Positions 13,470-27,900 of a DNA stretch of 64,000 bases are shown here, one piece after another. The notes under the pieces are model-generated. The model saw only the letters and a program-made list of their open reading frames with translations. It was not told the DNA's origin and made no database searches. Both the position numbers and the translations under genes were made by a program. Each line of letters starts with the position of its first letter. The first letter of the stretch is position 1. Source of the stretch: Syncephalis fuscata S228 (lineage: Eukaryota; Fungi; Zoopagomycota); contig JAHLTZ010000014.1 in the NCBI GenBank assembly GCA_025786725.1, positions 62,001 through 126,000 on the forward strand. Reading direction: 5' to 3'.

Positions 13470-14601
13470 ATGAGCTATCTTTGCCTCAATTCATTTTTAT
13501 CCATTGCGCTATTTTATTGTCTACTGATCCATAAAGATGCCGCTATTAATGTGCATGTAAACGCACTCGAGATTCTCGTCAATCCAAATCAAGCAAACTT
13601 GTCGCCTACAAAAAATGGTGAACCAGATATCAGTAGCATCTCCAACAGAATCAAAATTACTATGCCGCTTCATAACTCAGGAACCACTGGCATGTATTCT
13701 GCACATGTAATGCTAGATGGCAATCAAGGATACATGAAATGCTTAACGTCGGCAGTCAAGGACTTGTATGATAACGAAGTAAATTCGTTAAAAGACATTA
13801 TGAAACTGCGACAAAGTTCAAATAGCGCAGTAGCCAGTATTGCAAAACAAAATATTGTTGGATTCTTAGATGGCTTTATTGTACCAGTAATAGGTAATAA
13901 AACAAAAAAATGTTTCTGTGTAGTTACAGAGACTGTAAAATCTGGACGTGATATGCTATCAACTATTGCTCAGTCAGATCCTGATGAAAGGGATGAAATT
14001 ACTCGTGAAGTATTTCGACAAACCATTAACGCACTTGCTGTGGTGCACCAAATTGGATGGTCTCATGGCGATTTGACGTCAAACAACATCATGATTGCAC
14101 TTGGTACGCCAACGCCAGAGCAAATATTGCAAAAAAATGTCAATGGTTTACCGATACTCAAGTATCGAGGAGCACCTCAAATAGTACGTGCAGTACTTAT
14201 TGATTTTGGTATGGCTACGCGACTTAATACGCAGCTTAAGTGTTGGGCGCACCCCCTATTCGTGCGCCAGAATTAAAGTTGGGTCTAGCGCCAATGCCAT
14301 TGATCTAACTAAAGCAGATGTATGGGCACTTGGTATTACTTTGTATCAAACCGTTGAACAAAGTCTTCCTGATTCATACAGTCAAGCAAATAGTAAAAAT
14401 TGGCCACCAAAGGTACAAAAGCATTGGAATCGTGCCATTAATGGAGTAATAGCCGCTATGTTAAATCCACTTCCAAAAAACCGATTATCAGCAACACAAT
14501 TGCTTACTTTGCCATGGTTTAAGGGCGCAGAGGACGGTGATAAGCCGAGGCCATCGACTAACACGCGCCCTCGTCCCCCTCGCCCTCTTCAACGTTCATA
14601 A
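13470..14601 (+). CDS. Secreted-type protein kinase, copy 2 (single-base frameshift near 14238)
   Basis: ORFs 13470-14276 and 14188-14601 join into one kinase nearly identical to copy 1. It reads CTTAAG where copy 1 has CTTAAAG. Confidence 0.88.
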
Positions 14602-14818
14602 ACATTTTATATCAGCAAAAAATACTGATAAAATACTCAATAAAATTTATAACCAAAGTAATGTGTATCTATCATAAAATGTATTTAAATTTTACTAAAA
14701 TTCAACTTTATAACTAATTGATTTTAACAAATAAATAGCTATAAATTACATTATTAATCCTCTTCTGTGTTTTTAAAAACAATCTGATAGATTTATTGGT
14801 AATTTATTGCAAGCAACA

Positions 14819-17369
14819 TTAATCACGTCCAATATCCCGACCAAATAGCGTTCGCTTAATCCAATCAGAGGCCACCAAAGATCGATTGCGAATTGAAAAT
14901 AGACTTGTAATGTGGATCAGTTACTAGAAAATAATAAATAAAATGTACTTACTTGCTCAAATAGACACTTCTCCAAAACAAATAAGTTGCTAGAATAATT
15001 TACAGTAAATATTGATGACTGTATAATGTTCATTAATGTTTCTACTTACCAACACCGCCTACTGATACGTTGCCATTCATTACCGACAAATCGGCAATCG
15101 CCTTATCGGCACCAATATAACTAATAGTAAACCAATTAATCAACTGCTAGATAGATAATAATATTCAAATAAATACTTACGCCAAAGAACCAAAGTGCGA
15201 ATAGTGGAATGGCCTCAAGTCGGTAGCCTTAACGCCCTCGTCTTCCTTCTTGGCCAACTTGTTAAATACTGCTGCCAAATAAGCACCCTAAGCAACTGTA
15301 AATTAAATGTACTGCAAGCTACTCTATTCCCACTACCTGTTGACTGGCTACTTGAGCAGTTGGCGCATATCTATCGTTGTCATATTAAAATAAGTTTACA
15401 GCTCTGTTAGTATATTTAATCAATTACCTCGTTGCACTGGCATCTCCAATGGCAAAGATATTCTCACTGCCCATTACTTGCATGTGCTGGTCAACAACTA
15501 AACCACGTCTAAATACAAACATTGATCAGTACAGAGTTGTTGTCAAATGATTAATCCATTACTTACCGCTGATTCTGCTCCTTGGGCAAAGCAGCAATTA
15601 GATTACGCACCACAGGACGAGATGTATTACCGGTAGCCCATACCAATAAACCTGCCATTAATCAATTAGCCGTACACTTTATTTGGACTGCTTGCACTTA
15701 CCATATGGAATATCAACACTCTTGCCTGCGGCATCTTCTACAGTAATGTGTTTCTATAATGATATATGCATTTATTATTCGGCCAATATATGTATGTGCA
15801 TTTCACTTACCTGTTCCACGCCCTTTACCTTAGTCTTGGTAAGAATATTAATCTTATTTTCCTTAAATGTAGATTCAGTATATTCAATGAGCTGTTTAGA
15901 GAATGCTGGCAGCACATTTGGCAATGCTTTATTTCTATCGTCAGCTACAATGCTATTCATTGAATCAATCCAACCTACCCTCGACCAAGGTAATCTTGAC
16001 TTTGCCCGCAATGTCTATTCAATCCAATAAGTAATGTAAAAACTCGTCTAGCTTGTTAAATACCTGGATACCAAACCGCCTATCATAATACTTATTAGTT
16101 GATTTTCAATTAAATAGCTACAACTTACCAAATCTTCAACGATAAAATCGTGTAGCTCCGCTGCATATTCAACACCAGTTGGACCACCGCCCACAACAAC
16201 CATATGTAACAAGCGTTGAATCTCTTCCTCACTTTGACCGGCAAAAGCAGCGGTTTCAATACCTAAATGCAGTTATAATCAAATAAACACATCAATAAAT
16301 CAACTACATACAATCCATTAGACGTCCTCGAATTTTCTTGGCATCCCTAAATTAAACTATTAGACAACCAACATAAATAGCAGTATCAAACATACCAAAT
16401 TTCCTTTAAAAAGCAAGCATGTTCCGTAACACCTAATTTTCCATTGTAATTTACAATCAACTCAATGTATATTAACCAAATAGCCATCATTTACCTGGAA
16501 TACCAAATGTTTGATTTTCAGCACCCACTGCTACTACCAAATAATCAAAAGGAATTGTAGTGCTTGTGACGTTGCCTCTGATTTCAGAATTATCTATTAT
16601 ATCAAATATTTAATATTATATATTAGACTGTAGCCCAATTACCTTCTACCGTGATCGTGCGGTTTACTGGATCAATATGAGAACATTCCGCCTCCAACAC
16701 TTTGACCGCTGCCTTTTTATGCCGTGTAATATAACGGATTGGTTGCCTATTCGCAAGTAGGCAATTAACTAAATGTCTATAGATGTAACATATTACAGCC
16801 AATATAACTTACATCACTGATCGATGATCTACCGTGCCTACAGTGCAGCTGGGCAATAGCGGCGTAAATAAAAAGTAATTCTTTGGTGATACAACAATCT
16901 ATTAAGCAAATACAATATTTCATTAATAACAAATAGCAAATAATAGATATTTAAAGATATGTTACTTACCACATTGTAATTCTCAGTATTAATGCCCTTT
17001 AACAATGAAGTCGCGCCCCAGCCTGTACCCAGTATTACTAGCGTCTTTTTATCTTCTCCAGGAGCAGGTTGGTCGCCTGGATATCTCTCTTGGTAGATTT
17101 CTATTATAATAATATCATTAAAAATGGCTATTACCTATGCAATAGTGACAGTGACTCTACTTACTCATGCCAGCATATCCTGTTCCTGCACAGATAGCGC
17201 CATAGGTTGTTAAAGCAAGTATACGCATTTTACGCCATTTCGGCTTGACTGGCGGTGTTTGAGTAGTGGCCCATCGACGCGTCACTGACGTTGCTCCCAA
17301 AGACAGTGACGTCCTACTGGCACTGACACCGGTACCGCGATGACCACGCGCCAATAATGATCGAAACAT
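14819..17369 (-). CDS. Mitochondrial alternative (type II, NDE/NDI family) NADH:ubiquinone oxidoreductase, about 18 introns
   Basis: Arg/Ser-rich presequence [12 protein letters not shown]; [86 protein letters not shown], and C-terminal LFGRDI. Confidence 0.93.
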
Positions 17370-17755
17370 TATAATTAAAGTAATCAAGAGAAGACGCAAT
17401 AGAACTGTAACAGCAGTAACAGTAGCAACAGCAACAACAGCGGTGGCAGTAGCAGTAGCAGTGGCCACAACAGCTACCTTCGTAGGAAAAGAAAAGGAAA
17501 GGCCGGGTGTAACACTGCCGATAAGTAAATCGATGCCATCGTCATCGTGATTCTGATTAAATTTACATGTGCAGTTAAGCCTTACAAAAATAGTATTTGA
17601 AAAAACAAAACGGTCTATTTTTTTATTATTAAAATGTAATGGCACAGTCAACATTTTAGTAAAAACTAGCTTTTTTTAACTATCATTTATGATATGAATA
17701 GTGCAGTTATTACTATTACCACCACTGTTATAGACATAATAGCTGAATTGAAATA

Positions 17756-20700
17756 CTATGACTCGGAAAACGTAAACAATTGACGAAGGGTCAGCAGTGC
17801 CGTACGTGATTGATATCGGGTAAGGTCATCAGGATCTGTTTGTTCAGCTAAGCGAAGTGCTCATAAACGGAACGTATCTGTGTCAACGAAACTTGTCCGA
17901 CCAAATCTGAGCCAAGACCACGGAACAGAAAAACAAATAAACCGGCCGCCGCTACACATAATAACAACGATAACAATAACAACAACAATAATACAGTTAG
18001 ATCACAATAAATATAACACTAGTAACAATAACCGACTTACCACGTCTTAATTCTAGGGCCGATTCTAGTTTAAGTGCGTTCATCGACCAGTCAATGAGAT
18101 CATCAAGATAGGATAGAAATGATAAAGGATAAGTTTCACACATCACACCAAGAATGGATAGAGCCGAGTGACGCATTTCAATTGCTGCATCTCGTTGCAG
18201 TACATACAACAATGATCGTACCAATGTTTCCGCTAAATAGTAGATAAATATGAATATGAGTAGAGTAATAGTTTGTCTAATACTTACCATGGAGACCGAG
18301 TGCTGTGCCATATCGCTTAATAGTTTGCAACAGCACTTCACCAATACGTAATCGATGATCCAGATTAGCACGGCTATCAAGATAAGCAGCAGTTAATAGT
18401 CGAACTACTTGTCGACCATGTACATCAGCCAGCGACGATAATCCCTTAATAGCATTCAAATAAATAAAACTGCCGTAGCAGTAGTTATTATTAATGTTAG
18501 TGTTAATTAATTATCGTTATTACTATTATTACGGCTACTGGTGATCCATGTCATTACCTATCATCATCTTGAACCATAGAGATAAATAAATGAAGTGTAT
18601 TTTCCAATAGTGTTGGATCGTCAAATAATGGATCTTTTGCTAATATCATATTACGTAGTGTCACCATACCATAAGCACGTACAGGTAGCACTTTATCTTG
18701 AAGTGAGCGTAGTGCTTCTTCATATTGTTCACGTGATCGTGTCTCTGTAGATTGTGTTGAGTCTTTGTTTGCCGTATCTTGTTGCAATTGATGCCATAAA
18801 CTATCGGCTAAATCAGCCATAAACTGAGAAGGATGCTGGGTCAATCGCTTCAATACGGCCATTAAGGGATTAACCAGTTGACGACAGGAAGTAGGCAGTC
18901 CATGGTGTTCTACACTCTCCATTAGTTACATAGCTATAACTATAACTATAAGTATGTAATAACTTACCAGTAACAACCGTATTAACCAAAGTAAGTGTAA
19001 TACTTGCCAATTCCAACGCTTCTTCTGTTTCCCCACTATCAACCTCTTTGTTCTCTGTAACTATATTCAATATCGATGGTGTAGTTGATTCATTAGATAC
19101 TTGCACTATCTCTTGATTATCCAATATTTGTATAGCTAATTGTATTATTTGGTGAGGCTGTTTTACGATAGCTGTACCCAATCGGTCAACTAGCAATAAA
19201 AGTAGATTGACTGCTTTCACAATGCTATTATGCATTAATATAGCAATGTATTAATATAAAGTACGCTTATGTTCTCTACTTAATACATACTGATTAGCTG
19301 AATCTTTATCAGCAGTGGCTGTAATCAGTGTATGATATTCCTGTAGTAATAGAGCTGCCAATCCTCCAGAAATCACCTCATTATCCAATGCCTCAACAAA
19401 AGTAATAATCCATTCTTCAGTTAAAAACTCTTCTATACTATATTGCACATTCATGTCTTCACTTTCATCTACATCCATTACTTGTATTAATGGATTTCGA
19501 GGCTTAGGTGTATTTTGTCTATTTTTTCATTATTTAATTAGTTAGCCTATTGGCAATCCATCACTTACACTCCATAAAGTAGAATTGGATAATCATGAGG
19601 GCCAAATGTAAAAGATAGCTTGCCTTTTTCTAAAAATACTAATTGACGCAGTTGGAATAAAGCCGTTGATTCATCCATTACACGGAAATAAACCGTCATT
19701 AAATCATTAACTAATGACTGTAAAGAAAGATGCTTCTGTGTGGTTATACACCATAGTATGTATAATCTTATTAGACAAGGGGTTATTAATGTGTCATATC
19801 TTTCTGGCGAAGGTTCTCCGTTAACCAGTAATTGGTGTAATACATAGGCTGCTTTAATAAGGGCCATCTCCTTTTCTTCTTTACTTGTACCCGTGGTATC
19901 CTTAGAATCATCCGTTGTATAAAGTGGTGCTAATACAGTAGTTTTTAATAAATTCAAACCATCATTAGACCAAGTATCTACACTACGAGCTAAAAGATAA
20001 GCTGCTGCTCTTTCTATAGGTCTAGCTACATTGGTGCTATGACTGCTCGTTTGTGTTGTAAATAGTAGTGTAGAAGATACGGCTACTATGTCAACCAGCT
20101 GTATCATCACTGCATGTATATAATGCTATTTATCATAAAGTGCTAATTAATAACTAATGACTAACAATTAATATCAACTTACTAGTTTAGCGTTTAGTCT
20201 TTCCGGCAATACTAAAAGTAAACGAGCTATATTATCAAGTACATTTTGTGGTACTATTTATTCGTTAATTAATTAATATAAATACACATACACTTGAATA
20301 ATACACCCACCTTCTTTATCTTCATCATTATCCTTTTCAAACGTATATACAAGCAAATGACGTACACCATCCTTACTCGTAATAACAATATTAAGATATC
20401 GACTAACTGCTCTTGTAAACCATCGAGGTCCTCCACTTTTCATCAAAGCCAACAATATTTCCAAGTTTTCCATAGGCTTAACACTATTTACCATTAGCAA
20501 TAGAAAGTCTAGTACAGTTTATCTATTTACCTCGCAAATAAACGACGAAACAATTGCTCATAATCGATTTTATTAATAAGATTGCGTGGTCCATAGGCAG
20601 CATCAAGCAATCCGGTATATAAATCAACCAGAAATCGATTTCTCAATAACTGAGTCAATGGTGAATCCAGCGTATCAAGAGCCCAATTAGATAGTGTCTT

Positions 20701-21290
20701 TAATGTCATTGCTTCATTATCAGCATCAGCCACAGATATCGTCGACTCTAACTGTCTAACTTGATCAACTAACAGACAATTAATTACATAGCATTGCTTA
20801 GTCATAGTAATTAGTTAATCTATTCTATTTACTTACTTGCTACAGCTACACTAGAATTCAATCGACGTTCTAACGATTGACCCACACCAGAACTCATAGC
20901 AGGATAAATCATCCAACAGAACACAAATTCTATTAAAGTTTTGGTATTTTTAATTAAATGTAAATCAACCATTTCCTGTTCTAAACTGCTTATTAACAAT
21001 TATAATATACATGCCTTACTCGTCTATCTGTACCTGTCATTATGTCTGCAGTATTTGTTGTATAGTACTGATTCAGATTTGTTGTATAGTACTGATTCAG
21101 TTGTGTCATACATTCAGCAGCTAACTGAGCCCGTTTTTGTTGCCACACTGAATCTATAACTAGTGCATGTCGTTCCAATTGGCCAACCACGTCTACAAAT
21201 AACCTCAATAAATACGTGTATTAATACATTGCAACTACTGTTACCTGAAGTAAACGCGGCCAATTCATTAACCAGTGTTGCGTCAGTCAT
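17756..21290 (-). CDS. RTP1: RNA polymerase II assembly/import factor Rtp1 / TANGO6 family HEAT-ARM protein, about 12 introns
   Basis: EEALRSLQDKVLPVRAYGMVTLR..FISMVQDDDSFIYLNAIKGLSSLAD..LDHRLRIGEVL..MRHSALSILG matches the RTP1 C-terminal regions. Confidence 0.82.
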
Positions 21291-21406
21291 ACTAAGAGAA
21301 AGGTTAAAGTGAATTTAGGTTTCACCACGCTTTCTATTCTCTCATCCATATTCATACACACCTCGTTTATTCGTCAGTGAACACTATCCTCTATTCTTTA
21401 TTAATA

Positions 21407-23541
21407 ATGGGCAAATGGACAGGTAGGTAGTATAGTTCTACTATTAGTTAGTGTATTAGTAACGTACAAATATCTAGACAAATTGTATATCACTCACTCT
21501 GAGTGGAGCAATGAGTATGGCGGTATGTCTTTTGGTGGTGCTAAACGCCAACAAGCAAAAGAAGGATTCCGCCGACTGCCCTTTGACTGTTGCTCTTTAA
21601 CCTTGAGACCCTTTGAACATCCAGTGTGTACACCCAAGGGGATTGTTTATGACCTAGAGTAAGTTATTGCTAATATATATAAATATATATAAACATAAAT
21701 ATAATTAATAATAACAATTAATAATGATAATAAGGAATATTGCTAAATACTTGAAAAAGGAGAAAACTGATCCTGTAACTGGTGAACGACTTAAGTTAGA
21801 AGATTTGAAAAAGTTACACTATTACAAGAATGCCAATGGTATATACAACAAGTATTGATAATAATAACATCTAATTAACTATGTAATTAGATGAATACCA
21901 CTGTCCAATTACCATGCGGGTATTTAATGAGAATACACATATTGTAGCAATAGGCACTAGTGGCAATGTTTATGCTTATGAAGCAATTGAACGATTAAAT
22001 ATTAAAGCAAAACATTGGCAAGATCTTATGACCGATCAGTCATTTACTCGTAAAGATATTATTACTTTACAGGTAATCACCGATGGTTAATGGTTAATGG
22101 TCAATACTAATTATAGTTAAATAGGATCCATTACATTTAGAGAAACAGAATCTATCAAACTTTAAACACTTAAAGAAAGACAAAAAGGCCATTAAAGGTA
22201 AATATGACATCAATAGAGTAAATACAAATGCTTATTAATTAATAACAGAAACATCGAGTGACATTAAAGGCAGTAGTTTAACACAACGCGTACTTGCCGA
22301 GATTAAATCAACCGACACCAAGGTACAATGGCTAATATGTTAATAGCGAATATGCTAACATTTAATAGAAAACCATTTCAGATCTAAGGAATCAACTTCA
22401 ACGAATAGTGCCGATGCAGTTGAAAAGGCCTATTTTGCCTCTAATTATTCTACAGGTCGGGCAGCTGCTTCACTTACTTCAACCGCCATGGTACCCGAAA
22501 CAACATCTGACCGTATTCTACTTGATAAGAATCAACGCATGTATGATGCCATAAAAAACAAGGGATATGCACAAATAAAGACCAATTTGGGTGATCTTAA
22601 TGTTGAATTATACTGCGATCAAGTAAGTCGTTATATAGCTAGATTAATGTGTATTTAATTAAAATAATAGATTCAAGAAACATGTCATAATTTCATATCA
22701 TTAGCTAAAACAGGCTATTACAAGAATACAGTATTCCATCGACTAATTAAAAACTTTATGGTAATTATGGCAATACTGTTAATACTATTGGTTGCCAATA
22801 TTGTTCCTATCTAGATCCAAGGTGGTGATCCTACTGGTACAGGCAAAGGAGGTGAATCGATATGGAAACGTAACTTTTCCGATCAATTTAAATTAAGTCT
22901 ATCCCATAACAAGCGTGGTCTATTAAGTATGGCCAACCATGGCAAAGATACTAATTCATCTCAATTGTAAGTCATTATTATAGGACTATTATCAACTACT
23001 AACATCTATTCCACTAGTTTTATTACATTGAGACCTTGTAAGCATCTTGATAATAAACACACAATTTTGGTGAAGTTGTAGGTGGACTGGCCATACTTGA
23101 TAAAATGGAAGACACACCGACGGATGATAAAGATCGACCCATCAAAGATATACAATTACTTGATGTTCAAGTATTTGTAGATCCATTTGATGAATATGAA
23201 CAACGATTATCGCGTAAATTGGATAAAATACGCGAATCAAATGAATCAAATAAACGAACTCGAGTAAGTAGATATGATATGATAGTACGTTTCATTAATA
23301 GTGAATAGGCGGAAGAAAAAGAAACATGGCTAGTGCCATCCAATCAAGATGGATCAACAAGCAATGCATCAGTGGGCAAATATCTAAAGACTACAGAAGA
23401 TCGTAAAAGTACGAGTGTGAATGGCAATACAAGGACCAAGACATTGAATCTATTGAATCGATGGATACTATTCATTCAAGTACAATAACCAAGAAGCCCC
23501 GTGTAGCTCGTTCTACCATGAATGATTTCAGTGCCTGGTAG
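21407..23541 (+). CDS. PPIL2: U-box/cyclophilin peptidyl-prolyl isomerase-like 2 (Cyp60), 10 introns
   Basis: [87 protein letters not shown], ending DFSAW*. Confidence 0.93.
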
Positions 23542-23650
23542 TCACCATACTCTACGACCTTTTGGTCTTCTTTCTCTTTCCTTCTAGCGTGTGCGTATTT
23601 CCTTTTATTTTCACTCTCATTCATCATTTTAATAGAACCATATACCGTCT

Positions 23651-24398
23651 ATGGAATTTCCTCATGTGGGCGCTGAATGCGCACTGTCATCCTGTTCTCA
23701 TCATGGTAGATGACCAAAGTGTATATATGCATAGTAATAACTGTAGTGCATACTATATGTATATAGATTTCCTTCCCTTTAAGTGTCAATACTGCACTAA
23801 ACAATTCTGGTAACTACCAACAATAACTCAATAGACGGTGTTTGCTAATAGGAATCGATAGCCAAGACCACTGGAAGGTTGAGGCTCATCAGTGTTCTAA
23901 CGCCGCATACAACCCATTGACGTGCGTGTCCGGTATGTCCACTCTGTCAACGACCGGTGCCAGTGAATCGCGGACAAGACCCCAACCTAGCGGTAAGCAG
24001 TCTATATATTATAGCAATAGTAATATACTGATATGAAATAGGTGGATATGCATATTGGTCAAGGATGTCCAACCCCAAGTGGCATAGCTGCTAATGCAAA
24101 TGCCAATACCGCATCAAGCAATTTACGTAATAATAGCAATAATACATCTAGTCCATCACTTGTGTGCAATGTACGTAGTTGTTCGACTAAACTACTGGTT
24201 AAAATGGACTGTGCCGATTGCGGTGGTCAATTCTGTGTTCGCCATCGATTACCGATAGATCATGCTTGTGAGCCAAAGGGACGACATCAACGAAGACGAC
24301 CAAACCAGTCAGGCAGTAATGGTAATAGTAATACACCGAGTGAAGCAGCATTTGCCGCGGCCATGCGTCGTTTTATTAATCGATTCTCATCTAAATAA
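23651..24398 (+). CDS. AN1-type zinc finger protein (ZFAND2/AIRAP, Cuz1-like), 3 introns
   Basis: MEFPHVGAEC..DFLPFKCQYCTKQFC..H; VCPLCQRPVP..DPN..VDMHI..C; and a second AN1 finger CADCGGQFCVRHRLPIDHAC. Confidence 0.88.
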
Positions 24399-24919
24399 CC
24401 GTATTATTATCGTATTATTATTAAACAGTGACGGATGTTTTAATCAATAGCACGTGTTGCATTTTAATATCTAATAATAACAATAGGAGCAGTAATAAAT
24501 ATTTTATTAAATTATAGTCAATTGTATAATTTACAGTAATTAATACATCAATCGTTCTAATAATATACATATAGTCATTATAATAAACATTTTAAATAAG
24601 CAATTCATTTATTAAATACTTTTTTATTTTCTATTTTGTATTTAATAATGTAAAGGTGCAGCATTCCATTAGCATAGGCCATTTATTGACTGGCCTGTTC
24701 ACTCATAGGAGACGGAGATAGAGAGAATAAACACCGCGCATGTTCTTTCTTTTTCCGTTTTTAACTTTTGGTTACCCCGCTTTTAATTTGAAACTTTGTC
24801 TACTCATTCAGTCTAATAGTTACTGTCATTCTTTCTCTTCTCTCTCTCTCTACGCTTTACTTTTACTTTATTTACGACTACTTTTAATATTATTGATAGT
24901 TACGACTGGTGTACTAACG

Positions 24920-27900
24920 ATGAAACTCCAGCTACGTGCTAGAAATGGACGGTCACGTCCCACTGATATCAATCCATCCAAGTCGGTAGCGTCACCGCCT
25001 AGTGATACCCGTCCATTAACAGGACAATCATTATTTCGCCGTCAAATATCCGTTATGCTATGGAAGCATTGGACACTTCAGGTAAAATAGATACTATTGG
25101 TGTATGTATAGTACTAACAATGGTGGATGAATAGAAACGACACTGGATTACCACGCTTATTCAGCTATTTATTGCTCCGTTGGTCGTCACACTTATTCTG
25201 TTTATTGTTCAACTAGGTGTTGGTGATGGCCGTGCTGGTCAGGGTAAATACGGCATTCCTACATGGGATGTGCCTGGTCTATCTACGTGTACAGTAAGTA
25301 GAAATAAAGATGGCTGATGCAATATTGATGCGTATCAATCTACGATAGCCATTACGTGGCGTACCTTGTGTTACATTAATGTATGGGCCAGCTAATGAAG
25401 AGACGACAAAGTTTATGACGACATTTGCTCGTAAAAATGCTCGTCGTACTACTTCTGCCCCCAATCTTGAATCAAGTCAACTCTCATTAGGTAGTTAAAT
25501 CGAATCAATTCATCGTAAATGTATTCATTTGTTGTATAGATGCGGCCCCTAGTAAGAATCTAGGTATTGTACCGGTGCCTTCAAAGGACTTTATCTACAA
25601 CTATGCCGCCAAGTATCCAGCCTCATCTAATTTTGGTAGGTTATTACCTAGATCATCCAGTATACGGCACCAATTAATATAATATACATCTATTTAGCGG
25701 TAGCATTTGATAAACAAGAATCGAACGGCAATACTAATTATCAATATCAGATTTGGTATAACTTTACTAATGTAGCCAATTACACGGTATTCGATAATAG
25801 TGCCATGGAAGGCGCACTACGTGATACGAGAATTGATGATCCATTCGGTGTTGATCTATTATCGTTAATGCGCGGTATTGATGAGGCCATTCTGTCGACT
25901 GTGGATCCAAATGCTTCTAATGATATACGGGCTCGTATTAAAGCATTCCCGGACATTGGTCGATCTGTTTATGCTTCGAATAAGGATTCAGTATGGAATT
26001 TGGTGGTCTATTTCTCTTTTTGCCTATTATGTTGCTATTTGTTACGGCATTGGCGTCGGTAGTACGTGAAAAGTCATTAAGATTACGAGAAAGCATGGAA
26101 ATGATGTATGTAGTATGGAGTAGATATACTGGTTGATACTAATAGTTAATGAATAGGGGTATGACTCAGACTGTCTACTGGTTAAGTACTTTTATTGCCT
26201 ATGCTGTTATGGTAGTGATTCAATCACTATTTCTATGTCTATTTGGTATGGCATTTCAATTTAGTTTCTTTTTAAATGCCAATTTTGTGGTAAGTGATTT
26301 ATAATATAATATGAATTGAATCGAATCAATATTAATAGTATGTATTAGGTTGTTTACAGTATATTTGTACTTTATGGATGGGCCATGATTTGTTTTGCTT
26401 TATTCTTGTCCACACTATGTAGCCGGGTTGGTGGAGCAGATATCCTTTTTACATTTTATAGATTACTAGTTTATAGTATTGATTATTATTATTATCCTTA
26501 ATGTTAATTTACTAGGGGCAGGTTTTGGTGTAACCATTATTGCTATTATCTATCAAGTATTGTCACCTAGTTTCTGGTTCACTTGGTATGTTGATCTGGA
26601 ACGATCAAAGCGTGGCAGTCCAGTAGCCGGTCATTCAGCTGGATGGATTATCGGTCTCTTCTTTCCCTTCTTTAACTATAGTCAGCTCTATATTGACGTA
26701 GTAACAAAATCATCTGGATCCACCGATCCATTAACGGGACACTTTGTCAATGGACCTGGTAAGTAAAAATAAACTCTATCGTCATGAATACCAATATTTG
26801 AATAGGATTTGGTTTTATGGATTTGTATCGACATCCTGACATTGGTGGCAGTCAATACGGCAATCTTGTACCGATGCCCAATACCCATTTGATGTTCTTG
26901 TTATTGGATATTGTATTCTGGGCCATTGTTACTTGGTATTTGGACAATGTTGTACCCGATGCCTATGGCTATCGTCGACCCTTCCTATTTCTATTTGATG
27001 GTGGCTACTGGGGTGGTCGGGCCGTATCTCGTGAAGCAGTAACTAAAGTTGCCTATGAGGTAAATAAGCGCTGTTATTATTACAGTATAGAGTATTTGCT
27101 TAATAATTGATATGTCATAGGGCAATGCTGATAAAGATGAAGATTGGATGTGGCCAAGGAACGACAACATACACTTAATCTTACTCAACGCAGTAAGTAG
27201 ATTAATAGCTATATATATATATAGTAACGACTAACCATATGGATACTAGTTGCATTGAGAATTGTTAATTTGACCAAATGCTACAAGAGTGGATTATGGA
27301 CACAAAAAAACAAATTGGCCGTTGATCGACTTTGTTTGTCATTTGCAGAGGGACAATTGTAAGTGGTGTATTGCTATTGATAATGTATTAGCTAATAAGT
27401 AATAAATAGATTGGCTTTACTTGGTCAGAATGGTGCCGGTAAAACAACGACGATGTCAATGTTATACGGTGCATTAAAGTCAACATCAGGGGATGCCTAC
27501 ATTTACGGGCATAGTGTTAATCGTAATATGGATGCTATTCGAGGTATGATGGGTGTATGTCCACAAGTAAGTGTTGAATTGGATTACTTGAGTCTATTAA
27601 TAACATTATATGATAGCATGATATTCTATTTGATGATTTGACGGGAGAAGAGCATATTGCTTTATATGCTGGATTAAAGGGTGTCGTTAAGAGTATTGTG
27701 GGTCCACTTACTCGAGAACGATTATCAGATGTCCGTTTAACAAGTGCAGCACGTACTTGTGCCGGTGCATTCAGTGGTGGTATGAAGCGTCGTTTATCGA
27801 TGATTATTGCCACTATTGGCGATCCTAAGATTATTATTATGGATGAGCCCACCACCGGTATGGTAAGTGATACATATAGTTATATACATATATATATTAA

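Noticed and set aside
21053-21100. Exact 24-bp tandem duplication in RTP1
   Set aside because: It is an 8-codon duplication in a variable region, most likely simple slippage.
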